Of a DNA stretch of 32,000 bases, positions 25,001 through 32,000 are shown piece by piece; within the stretch, counting starts at the first letter, position 1, and each line of letters starts with the position of its first letter. The position numbers and the translations under genes are program-made. Origin of the DNA: Halovivax gelatinilyticus (GTDB lineage: Archaea > Halobacteriota > Halobacteria > Halobacteriales > Natrialbaceae); assembly GCF_024300625.1 (NCBI RefSeq), contig NZ_CP101322.1, forward strand, positions 43,992 to 75,991. The letters are read 5' to 3'. The notes under the pieces are model-generated. The model was not told the origin of the DNA, made no database searches, and saw only the letters and a program-made list of their open reading frames with translations.

Positions 25001-26483
25001 CGTTCTGCAAGGGCCGCCAGGAACCGGCAAGACCAGTTTTACGCTTGCACCGGCGGTGTTAGCTCGACTCGCAGCGAGCGAAGACGAGGGGGATCGGTTA
25101 CTCACGGTTGTGACTGCGCCGTCGCACACTGCTGTTGATGAAGCGATGGAGGACATCGTCACGAACTGGGCCGACCTCACTGAGAGTTCAGCAACCACTG
25201 CGGCAACCGAGTTTGTTCGGGTTCGTGCCGGTTCTTCCACCGATGTCCGTGAGGCCGTCGACGAGCACGTACGGTTTGTCGATTATTACGATACAACTGA
25301 TGTGGTCGAGATGACCGACGCGCTTCGTCCACACGTGACGCCGGACGGTCGGGCGACGAATCATCTCGTCGTGTTCACCACGCCGACATCGCTTCGGGGT
25401 GTGATTAACAAATGCTCGGGTGAGTTATTCGCTCTCGACGACGCTGAAGCGGTGATGGATGCCGGGATTTCGTTCGTCGATTTGCTGGCGATCGACGAGG
25501 CGAGTATGCTCGATCTGCCGGCGACGCTCCTCTCGAGTGCGTTCCTCAAGGACGATGCACAAACGCTCCTCATCGGTGACCACCGGCAAATGGAGCCAGT
25601 TCAACAACACGACTGGGAGGGGGAGGATCGCCGAACCATCGAAGAGAATGTGCCGTTCATGTCGGTGTTGAACTTCGTCCGATTCCTCAGAGGCGACCTT
25701 GAGGAAACCGATTTTGCATTCGCCCAATCACCCGATATCGGTGACGCGATTCCGATCACACGCCTCGACCGAACCTATCGGCTACACACTCGAGTCGCTG
25801 ACTTGCTCACTGACCTGGTGTACACTGACGACGGGATAAAACTCAAATCAAGCCAGACAGCGACGATTGATCACGTTCACGCCGGTACGGACGGCGTTGC
25901 AGCCGCGATGAATCCGCAAGCTCCGGCTGCCCTTGTTATTCATGACGAGGACGAGAGCCAAGACGCTAACCGAACCGAGGTCGCTATTGTAGCCGCGTTG
26001 TTGAGCGCGTTGGATGATCCACAACCAACGGAGACTGGAATTGTGACGCCACACAATGCCCAGAAAGGACGACTCAACCAGCAGTTTAATGGAACCGCAA
26101 CGATCGATACCGTCGAGCGGTTTCAGGGTGGGGAACGCGATGTCATGGTTATCTCGGCCACTGCAAGCGACCCGGACTATGTCCGAAGCGAAGCCGAATT
26201 TCTGTTAAATCCAAACCGATTGAACGTCGCCATGTCCCGAATGAAGAAGAAACTCGTCATCGTTGCAAGCGAATCCGTGTTTGAGGTGACACCACCGAAT
26301 GCCGATGAGTTTGACCAAACGTTGATATGGAAGCGCTTGTACGACGCCCTTGGCGTCACCGACAATAGCCCAGCGACGTCAGTTTGGGAGGGAGATCTTG
26401 GTGAGTTTTGTCCAAGTAACGTTGATATTCCCCGCGGAAAATCCGGCACGAATATCGATGTCTACGCCTTGGAATCGGAGTAA
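22053..26483 (+). CDS. Three-module protein: N-terminal Cas4/RecB-type Fe-S nuclease, central RNase-H-like (TM0106-type) region, C-terminal Upf1/Dna2-like SF1B helicase
   Basis: Nuclease (about 22128-22889): SGCPRFFRLKFF, DIAGIADLITLE, RVLEVKTS, QIQSTIYSLLL (QxxxY), CDGCPYNGIC. Middle: VYLYVQHDP and YVHLYTYSAHERDAL. Helicase: VLQGPPGTGKTSF (from 25011), AIDEASML, IGDHRQMEPV, VERFQGGERDVMVIS, LNVAMSRMKKKLVIV. Confidence 0.85.
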   Translation: MVDTDDRPAVTLNPSGLGQYISYSGCPRFFRLKFFDHGLVNKRNWYDPNAGSDLFAELGLAYEEEQLKTLSEDASRVIGDTDSDGDVIPYDETWEDNTGSHGDIETQWKGGVREQLINLIETLADSDHDELDGPVVLFQTPMFGRIGVWDIAGIADLITLEPLPESRGVRTRVLEVKTSWKDKTSQQIQSTIYSLLLSTVVSECGVDHEPVATVVNREADLREHPLPELPPIDLPSRTAEVKRLLKQDGELHQLARKSFDEVGYRLERKCDGCPYNGICFTKAIESRDPALLNLTQGNQERLRVQGIDSLAGLTDLFEREEGTKPYDYDELPVRDETIVRALESEGTLSNRLDEIVQRAQVLRGELDPSYDSFGGVEYLRGSGNGNLPDDDPHPRLPGGACERNELIRVYLYVQHDPVRDRLALLAARINCDKTDATTVVEFSEQLPAAKDDSLDAEAKLLEAFFERLIKAIQGIKAEFGSSPDQGYVHLYTYSAHERDALMEGVQRQPSVFGSAAVRDLLGLREGLDQPMVSVVHNDITSRLALQYPGTGLIQTVEQMQAFADESYPRRWFSATDWKATIAGDEVDLRDVFRTGLFEGKRAYVEEGNSIRLLLGDPGDPDREPDGFYPLYNRFGNQIPLEYLWAARGKLDDDVELGTGSSSLSTYRYYDGEGSKPIGAPEVKALAQRLTEALEHVERAIAYKNWQIDKQPLDLSRLPAFSLENIELNRACQEYLDLEHTTNYRDCLDHYLKPPRKRMQTGDSTIFRVTNVEPAGQWDIRVEGDLLYDELFRNPDQVIDSCRISGSDDGGSGSWRVMSKLERNGREFRQVNATYPRYLANSIKASVESFDRTGKTITVSASTHGGFGRSRYLEWHRSATMEPEEADGEDYTTLVSEGDLFVLDPYADSYPALRAYEALERTESNALYHQLNRAFQDGETEQFDRQFCSPTAVADFIETFEDATGARPRGNQAEFVKEVDHSVSVLQGPPGTGKTSFTLAPAVLARLAASEDEGDRLLTVVTAPSHTAVDEAMEDIVTNWADLTESSATTAATEFVRVRAGSSTDVREAVDEHVRFVDYYDTTDVVEMTDALRPHVTPDGRATNHLVVFTTPTSLRGVINKCSGELFALDDAEAVMDAGISFVDLLAIDEASMLDLPATLLSSAFLKDDAQTLLIGDHRQMEPVQQHDWEGEDRRTIEENVPFMSVLNFVRFLRGDLEETDFAFAQSPDIGDAIPITRLDRTYRLHTRVADLLTDLVYTDDGIKLKSSQTATIDHVHAGTDGVAAAMNPQAPAALVIHDEDESQDANRTEVAIVAALLSALDDPQPTETGIVTPHNAQKGRLNQQFNGTATIDTVERFQGGERDVMVISATASDPDYVRSEAEFLLNPNRLNVAMSRMKKKLVIVASESVFEVTPPNADEFDQTLIWKRLYDALGVTDNSPATSVWEGDLGEFCPSNVDIPRGKSGTNIDVYALESE

Positions 26484-26563
26484 CGCGATAAACGAGATAC
26501 TGGTGATTTTGTAGGAATGATGTGACCAAAACACCCATCACATCTGTTGGTAATTTTTCAACA

Positions 26564-26923
26564 ATGACTGACTCGCCAGTTGCAGTTGGATCTGAAGTTA
26601 CTCACGAGAAACACGGGCGGGGTGTCATCATTGATGAAGTTGTTCAGAATACAGATGGGACGCACGAAGTTCCAGTCCTCTTCTATTACACCGGTGACGC
26701 CCAGATCGTCCCAGTCGTCACCTTAAACCCAGCAGCGGAAGTGGCGCGGTCAGAAATTTCAACCGGATCGAGCGGAATGACGATTACAGTCGATGATGGA
26801 TTTTTCTCGTTCTCCGTCGAGCCAGACGGAAAGGGATCCGGGTTCGACGTCACACTTCGAGTTGGAAATACGGTAATCGATTCTGCACATCTCGATTTCT
26901 CCGAGTTCATTGAAATGGAGTAA
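26564..26923 (+). CDS. Small hypothetical protein with a possible Tudor/SH3-like N-terminal motif
   Basis: VGSEVTHEKHGRGVIIDEV resembles the G-x-x-V-x-H-x-x-x-G-x-G-x-V motif of UvrD/PcrA C-terminal Tudor-like domains. The ATG at 26564 is preferred over the track's GTG at 26522. Coding status is moderately uncertain. Confidence 0.4.
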   Translation: MTDSPVAVGSEVTHEKHGRGVIIDEVVQNTDGTHEVPVLFYYTGDAQIVPVVTLNPAAEVARSEISTGSSGMTITVDDGFFSFSVEPDGKGSGFDVTLRVGNTVIDSAHLDFSEFIEME

Positions 26924-27119
26924 CTGTCTCCTCGTACCTCGTTCAAATGTCTCGACCGAGCATTGATGGTTTCAGTAAATGAAACGGAATATGCAATGTT
27001 TTACTCCCGTATATGAACGTCTCGTTGCTGAACAGGCAAGGGACGCCATTCATTGTCGATAATTGCTAACAAGTCCTGAGTTGCACGTGCTGGTTAGTTG
27101 GGGTGATGAGACTCGTGGC

Positions 27120-28688
27120 TTAACACAGTAGCAGGTAGAGCCAGTATGGGAGTTTGATGATGCCGTCTTCGAGTGTTTCGATTGGGGGTTCGCCGCGGGG
27201 TGTGTCGCCGACGAGTACGATTCCGAGGGGTGAATCGTACGTCGTTTGGAACTCTTGGATCGCCGCGATCGCCGACTCGCGTGTGCCGGGTCGGTAGGCG
27301 AGGCCGATCGGGATTGGTGTCTCGTTGAGTTCGAAGACGAAGTCCACTTCGCCGTTGGATCCGCGCCAGTACTGGACGGTCGGGGTTGTGTCGATGTTTT
27401 GGGCGTGTTTGAGGCCGTAGGCGAAGCGCATGGTGTGGTCGAATCCTGCGATGCGTGCGAGATCGGCTTCGCGGTCGAAGTCCCCGCGGACGCTTGCTGC
27501 GTCGCCGCCGGTGAGCGCGGTTGCGAGTCCGGTGTCGCGCAGGTAGAGGCGGACCGATCGCGGGCGCTGGTTGTCGTACTCTGTGACGCCGGTCAGGAGG
27601 TATAGCTCGGAGAGGGCTGGGAGGTAGCTGTCGGCGATCGTTCGCCGGTCGACGTCGAGCAGGCTCGTCAGGTCGCGGTAGTCGATTGGTTCTGCACCGC
27701 AGTTGCGCGCGGCGAGTGCGCACAGTCGTTCGAGGTCGTCGATGGTTTTGATCGATTCGAAGCCGGGGATTTCTCGGTAGAGAGCGGATTTAACGTCTTC
27801 GCGTAGGGACTCGTACGCGTCCGGGTGCAGGTCGTCGGCGGATTCGACGACTCCGGCCTGGGCGTAGCTGATGACGCCGCCCATTGCGAGGTAATCGATG
27901 ACGCGTGACTGGATTCGTCGTTCGTCGTCGGCTACTTGCTGGTGTTTCGATCGGAGTTCCTCGACGAGTGCGTCCGGGTCGCCGCGTTCGACGGCGGTTG
28001 GGAGGCTGGTGTCGCCTGTTCGGATCGATGTTGGACTGATCCGGGTTGTTTCGTTTGCTTCGAGGTTCGGGTAGAGGGCGAAGATGTAGTCGCGGAATTT
28101 CTCTGGGAGGATGGGTTGGACGGCGTATGCTGACGATGGGACATCGGCTCGGTCGAATTCGCGTTGGATCTGGATTTCGGAGCTGGCGGTGACGGCGACG
28201 TGTCGGTCGGGTGCGTCTTCGAGCAGTTCGGCGACCACGGATCCCCAGCCGTCGACGTCCGGTTTGGTCGAGTGTTCGATCCGGTGGACGGCGTCGAGGA
28301 TGATGAAGTGCGATCCGTTCGCGTCTCCGCGGCCGAGGACACGGCTTTCGTAGTACCGGACGGCGCGTCGCAATTGGTCATCGGAGTGGAGCTGGTAGAG
28401 CGGGTCGGCGTCGAAGGGAAGGTAGAGAAATCGGGTCGGGTCGTCGCCGGCGTCGATGCGGTGGCGGATGAATTCGTACAGGAGCGTGGTTTTACCTGCG
28501 CCGCTGCGGCCGACGAGGGCCAGTACCGGTTGATCCTCGAATTGACTCCCGTCGGCGCCGGGGCGCGCGAGGTGGTAAAAGTCGCTTTTCTGCCTGGCGG
28601 GAAGCGTGAACGCTTCGGCGCCTGTTTCCCACCAGGGGTTGTGCTCGTGAAGGTCGCTTAGTAGCGCGTCGCCGGCGTCCGTCGTCAT
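27120..28688 (-). CDS. AAA+ ATPase of the archaeal AAA_14/DUF4143 type
   Basis: N-terminal HEHNPWWETG (NPWW signature), Walker A LVGRSGAGKTTLL, Walker B HFIILDAVHRIE, and a long C-terminal domain. Confidence 0.8.
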   Translation of the reverse strand: MTTDAGDALLSDLHEHNPWWETGAEAFTLPARQKSDFYHLARPGADGSQFEDQPVLALVGRSGAGKTTLLYEFIRHRIDAGDDPTRFLYLPFDADPLYQLHSDDQLRRAVRYYESRVLGRGDANGSHFIILDAVHRIEHSTKPDVDGWGSVVAELLEDAPDRHVAVTASSEIQIQREFDRADVPSSAYAVQPILPEKFRDYIFALYPNLEANETTRISPTSIRTGDTSLPTAVERGDPDALVEELRSKHQQVADDERRIQSRVIDYLAMGGVISYAQAGVVESADDLHPDAYESLREDVKSALYREIPGFESIKTIDDLERLCALAARNCGAEPIDYRDLTSLLDVDRRTIADSYLPALSELYLLTGVTEYDNQRPRSVRLYLRDTGLATALTGGDAASVRGDFDREADLARIAGFDHTMRFAYGLKHAQNIDTTPTVQYWRGSNGEVDFVFELNETPIPIGLAYRPGTRESAIAAIQEFQTTYDSPLGIVLVGDTPRGEPPIETLEDGIIKLPYWLYLLLC

Positions 28689-28802
28689 TGGTGCGTTGGT
28701 GGCGAGAGAGTCCGCATCCTAATGGGTGTTTCGACCACTAATCCACCGGTTCGAGGGACCTAATTCGCTGATCAACCCGGTTGAACAGCCCATTACACTT
28801 CC

Positions 28803-28853
28803 TTAACGAGTTAACAGACACTATGATGCTACTATTTACTCTGTTAAGCTCGT
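28803..28853. repeat. Imperfect inverted repeat (12 bp stem with a 1-nt bulge, 23-nt spacer) in the divergent ATPase/VWA intergenic region
   Basis: ACGAGTTAACAG (28806-28817) pairs with CTGTTAAgCTCGT (28841-28853). This could be an operator or could be chance. Confidence 0.25.
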
Positions 28854-29008
28854 GTCGAAGTTGCTAGCCGAAGAATTTATACAGTTATGAGACACACTGT
28901 TGATCGTGAAAATCATAGAAACCACACCGCAATGTGTTTTTCTTCGAAAGCCGGGTTCGACGGTCGGGGCGGGCTGGAAAGCGGGACGCGGAGGTGACGA
29001 CTGACGCT

Positions 29009-31090
29009 ATGACCGCGACGTACGACGACCTCGTCGACGGGATCCGCCTCGATCTCGACGTCGAACTCATCACCCGCCGCCCGGTCGACTGCGATGGCGT
29101 TCGACTCCACCGACTGCTCGTCGCCGACCAGCACGGTGAACACTTTCCGGTGCTGATCGCCTCGACCGCCGACCCGCACCACGACCTGAAGACCGGCGCC
29201 ACGTACCAGATGCAGGAACTGTACGCGTGCGACCCGCCCACCCGCGCCGGCGAGACGTCGATCGACTGTCCGGGCTGCGGTTCGCCGGTACGTGAAGCGG
29301 CTGGGATCGATGCGATCGATCCCGCGGTCGTCCGCGCGGCGGCCACGCTCGACATCGACCAGGCTTTCGGTGTGATCGACGAGCGGACGACCGTCTCCGT
29401 TGCCGGCGGTCGTGAAGAGCGGGTCGACGACTGGCGGCCGATGCCGACGAGCGAGGACGACACGCTCGACTACATCTGCGACGCGTGCGACCGGACGCTT
29501 CACGCGCGAGAGGTTCGAAACACCGGTGACGGAATCGCGCGCGTCGACATAGCTCACGACGCGGTCTGCTCACCGTCACCCGCCACGAACGCGTCAGCCC
29601 CGCCGACCCTCGGCCTCGCGGCAGGCGGAGCGTCCGATGCGACCAACTTCCGGAAAAACATCGAGCAAGGGTTCACACCTTTACCCGAGGCAATCAGCGA
29701 CGAGGGACTGTTTGCGGAGTACCACTTCGAGACGGGTGATCCGGTGGAGACCGACGCGCTGTTCGCACCTCGCTACGCGACCGCCGTGAGCGAGCATCCA
29801 CTCACGGGAGAGAGCGAACAGTACCTAGCGGTCGGGCTCGATTCGACCTTGACACCGGATGCGTTCGAGCGCCCGAGACTTGAGCTAGTGGTCGTCCTCG
29901 ACGTCTCCGGCTCGATGAACGCCTCGTTCGACACGTACTACTACGACCGTCACGGCCGCAAACGGTCGAACGAGGGTGACGGGACGACGAAACTGGAGGC
30001 GGCGAAACGCTCGCTGTGTGCGTTAACCGACCAGTTGCGCGACGGCGACCGGCTGGGCGTCGTGTTGTTCAACGAGCACGCACACGTGGCGAAGCCGATT
30101 CGCGACGTCGGCTCCACCGACGTGGACGCTATTCACCGGCACATCGACGAAGTCGCAGCCGGCGGCGGAACGAACCTCGCCGACGGATTCTCTGCGGCCG
30201 CCGACGTGCTGGGAGAAGGGAACCCGGATCCGGCGGTCGAACACCGGATCGTGTTCGCGACCGATATGATGCCGAACATCGGCACCACCGGGTCGTCGGA
30301 GTTAACGCGGTTAATCGCGGACGCGGCGGTCGATGGTATCCACACGACGTTTCTGGGCGTCGGCCTCGACGAGAACGCCGCACTCGCCGACCACCTCTCC
30401 GGTATCCGCGGCGCGAACCACCACTTCGTCCACTCGGCGACCGAGTTCGAGCGGCATCTCTGCGAGGCGTTCGAGTACATGGTCACGCCGCTCGTGTTCG
30501 ATCTCGGACTCGATCTCGTCACTGACGGATTCGAAGTACTCTCTGTCCACGGCTCGCCCGTCACAGACGACGCGACGGATCGCCTGATCGACGTCGGAAC
30601 GCTCTTTCCGGCCCCGAAACGGGACGACGCGGTTAAAGGAGGCATCGTACTGGTCCGACTGAACCAGCAAGAACCGGACGCTGATCTGGAACTGACCGCG
30701 TCGTGGACCGAGCGCGACGGGTTCACTCACGTCGAGCGCGCGAGCGTCAACGTCCCCGACGAGCCAGACGTGTACGCTGACGACGGCGTTCGCAAGGCGG
30801 TGGCGCTGGCTCGCTACGCTGGCGAACTAAGAGAATGGGCGGCCGACGTCCACGAGCGAGCGGATCCAGACGAAGTCGAGAGACGCATACCAATCAGCGG
30901 CGAACACGAGCGCGGATCCGTTCCGCTCACAGTCCCCGATCGGTGGGCGGATCGGTTTGATCGGCTTCATCGCTATCTAAATAACGAGCGGTCGGCAACC
31001 GCGGACGACTCTCTCAGACGAGAACTCGACTTGCTCGACGCGTTGACTCGCCGGGCGACCGACGTCTCGGCAGAACTGTGCGAGCAATAA
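29009..31090 (+). CDS. von Willebrand factor type A (VWA) domain protein with an N-terminal region carrying two CxxC pairs
   Basis: LELVVVLDVSGSMN is the MIDAS D-x-S-x-S motif (29900-29914). TKLEAAKRSL...DRLGVVLFNEHA, GGGTNL and IVFATDMMPN are typical VWA strands. CPGCGSP and CDACDRT lie in the N-terminal part. The start is placed at ATG 29009 (MTATYDDL) rather than the track's 28934. Confidence 0.8.
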   Translation: MTATYDDLVDGIRLDLDVELITRRPVDCDGVRLHRLLVADQHGEHFPVLIASTADPHHDLKTGATYQMQELYACDPPTRAGETSIDCPGCGSPVREAAGIDAIDPAVVRAAATLDIDQAFGVIDERTTVSVAGGREERVDDWRPMPTSEDDTLDYICDACDRTLHAREVRNTGDGIARVDIAHDAVCSPSPATNASAPPTLGLAAGGASDATNFRKNIEQGFTPLPEAISDEGLFAEYHFETGDPVETDALFAPRYATAVSEHPLTGESEQYLAVGLDSTLTPDAFERPRLELVVVLDVSGSMNASFDTYYYDRHGRKRSNEGDGTTKLEAAKRSLCALTDQLRDGDRLGVVLFNEHAHVAKPIRDVGSTDVDAIHRHIDEVAAGGGTNLADGFSAAADVLGEGNPDPAVEHRIVFATDMMPNIGTTGSSELTRLIADAAVDGIHTTFLGVGLDENAALADHLSGIRGANHHFVHSATEFERHLCEAFEYMVTPLVFDLGLDLVTDGFEVLSVHGSPVTDDATDRLIDVGTLFPAPKRDDAVKGGIVLVRLNQQEPDADLELTASWTERDGFTHVERASVNVPDEPDVYADDGVRKAVALARYAGELREWAADVHERADPDEVERRIPISGEHERGSVPLTVPDRWADRFDRLHRYLNNERSATADDSLRRELDLLDALTRRATDVSAELCEQ

Positions 31091-31322
31091 CGACGCCCGA
31101 ATCTTGATTGTAAACGAGTACTGTCGTCGAAGTTTTGATTTGGAACTCATCGAAGTTGGGGAGTGATTCGCCGTTCAACTGGGAGTACTAAGAAATATAC
31201 CGTGTCGTAACGCCTGTTTTCACTGTCGTCACTGTGAACTGGGGAAAAGCTGTCAATCCGTTAGGATTGAGCCCTAGGGTCGCATGTCGCCGTCACGTGC
31301 CGGGCCCACATTATTGTGAAAA

Positions 31323-31949
31323 TTATTCAATTACTAGTTCAGCTTCGAACATCATGTGAGGTTGTAACCAGGCGCTGCGTTCGCTTGACACAGCGACGTC
31401 CAGTGCGTCGATCACGGTTTCCGAAGCTGGTTGGCTGGAGAGGTCGAATTCGTCGAGGATGTTCTGTATGAGACGAGGTTTTGTCTCGCCTATGTTACGC
31501 ATCCAGAGCGTGGTTTTACCGACGCCCAGTGCTTGATCGTGGAGATAACTCCCGATGGCGGCTTCGGAAGCGCCAGCCCAACTGTCAGCGATGTGCGCAG
31601 CGATTTCCGTTGTATTTTGTTCCAATGTGGTGAGGTCAGATTGATCGAGGTCCGGTGAGGTTGCATCAAAATGCCGTTCAATTGCATCGTTGAGCGCGGA
31701 TGTGACTGTGTCTGAATCGAGTGGGTATTCCTCGATGGTCAGTCTGGTACCGCGTTGCAGCACGGTTTCGTTCTGGCCTTGTGTTGTGTAGGTGACTTGC
31801 CAGTGGACCCACTCCTCGTTCTTGAGTTGGGCGAGGTGGTACGTGATATTGTTCGTGCTGTCGTGAGTGCGGAGGTGTGTTGAGGATCGAATGGATTCAC
31901 CGTCAATTGTTACGGGTTGAGGGTGGTCGTCTTCTCGTTTCGAAGTCAT
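31323..31949 (-). CDS. Hypothetical protein
   Basis: 208-aa acidic ORF with an ATG start. I recognise no motif. Antisense ORFs inside it are short. Confidence 0.45.
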   Translation of the reverse strand: MTSKREDDHPQPVTIDGESIRSSTHLRTHDSTNNITYHLAQLKNEEWVHWQVTYTTQGQNETVLQRGTRLTIEEYPLDSDTVTSALNDAIERHFDATSPDLDQSDLTTLEQNTTEIAAHIADSWAGASEAAIGSYLHDQALGVGKTTLWMRNIGETKPRLIQNILDEFDLSSQPASETVIDALDVAVSSERSAWLQPHMMFEAELVIE

Positions 31950-32000
31950 TATTGCAAACTAACTAACAGTCGGTCTGTCTTAAAGGTCAGCCGTGAGGAC

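Noticed and set aside
22235-25727. Minus-strand ORFs inside the 1476-aa gene (e.g. 24042..25010 at 322 aa, 24794..25240, 25425..25727)
   Set aside because: They are embedded antisense to a single uninterrupted 4.4-kb ORF with ordered nuclease and helicase motifs. Their composition is typical of shadow frames.
27094-30730. Large Arg/Pro-rich ORFs overlapping the AAA ATPase and VWA genes (27094..27723, 27932..28381, 28885..29463, 28913..29557, 29070..29579, 30016..30525, 30133..30726)
   Set aside because: Extreme R/P/S content and lack of motifs, in a region with very high GC. The competing frames carry Walker A/B or MIDAS motifs.
28854-31134. Shared 9-mer GTCGAAGTT (28854-28862 and 31126-31134), each preceded by ACGAG/CTCGT-like mini-stems, flanking the VWA gene; considered as cassette boundary repeats
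   Set aside because: In 32 kb the expected number of chance identical 9-mer pairs is roughly (32000^2/2)/4^9, on the order of two thousand. This match is therefore not informative.
1-32000. CRISPR arrays, IS elements/transposases, integrases and rRNA/tRNA genes
   Set aside because: I saw no regularly spaced direct repeats and no DDE, tyrosine-recombinase or serine-recombinase motifs in any ORF. No structured RNA gene candidates were found in the intergenic regions.

Overview
The window looks like a horizontally acquired DNA-modification and defence island of a halophilic archaeon. Support for that host call: very acidic proteins, a DUF7344-type wHTH, an NPWW-type AAA ATPase, and TATA-like boxes about 26-33 nt upstream of start codons. 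No rRNA, tRNA, CRISPR array, integrase or transposase was recognised. The core is a long run of co-directional minus-strand genes (21111 down to 5324), most with overlapping or nearly abutting stop/start codons. It starts with a complete GTP-to-preQ0 pathway (queD-queE-folE-queC). Then come a small C-x3-K protein, a 415-aa DpdA-like tRNA-guanine-transglycosylase (TGT) paralog, a GHKL/MORC-type ATPase and a small nuclease-like ORF. Next is a 668-aa TGT paralog whose C-terminal domain carries an exact ArcS motif PC-x3-KPY-x2-S-x2-H. The run ends with an AddB-like/AddA-like helicase-nuclease pair. I read this as a candidate, apparently undescribed, archaeal Dpd-like system that puts a 7-deazaguanine (possibly archaeosine-type) base into DNA, with attached nuclease effectors. 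Flanking it on the left are a partial SF2 helicase with a DUF1998-like tail plus an HKD/PLD nuclease (DISARM/Dpd-like), and a strongly AT-rich cassette with a HEPN protein and a possible PUA/EVE-like protein. On the right are a DUF7344 wHTH regulator, a 1476-aa Cas4-like nuclease/RNase-H-like/Upf1-like helicase fusion, an AAA+ ATPase (DUF4143 type), a VWA protein and a hypothetical gene. All family assignments come from motifs read by eye. No database search was possible.
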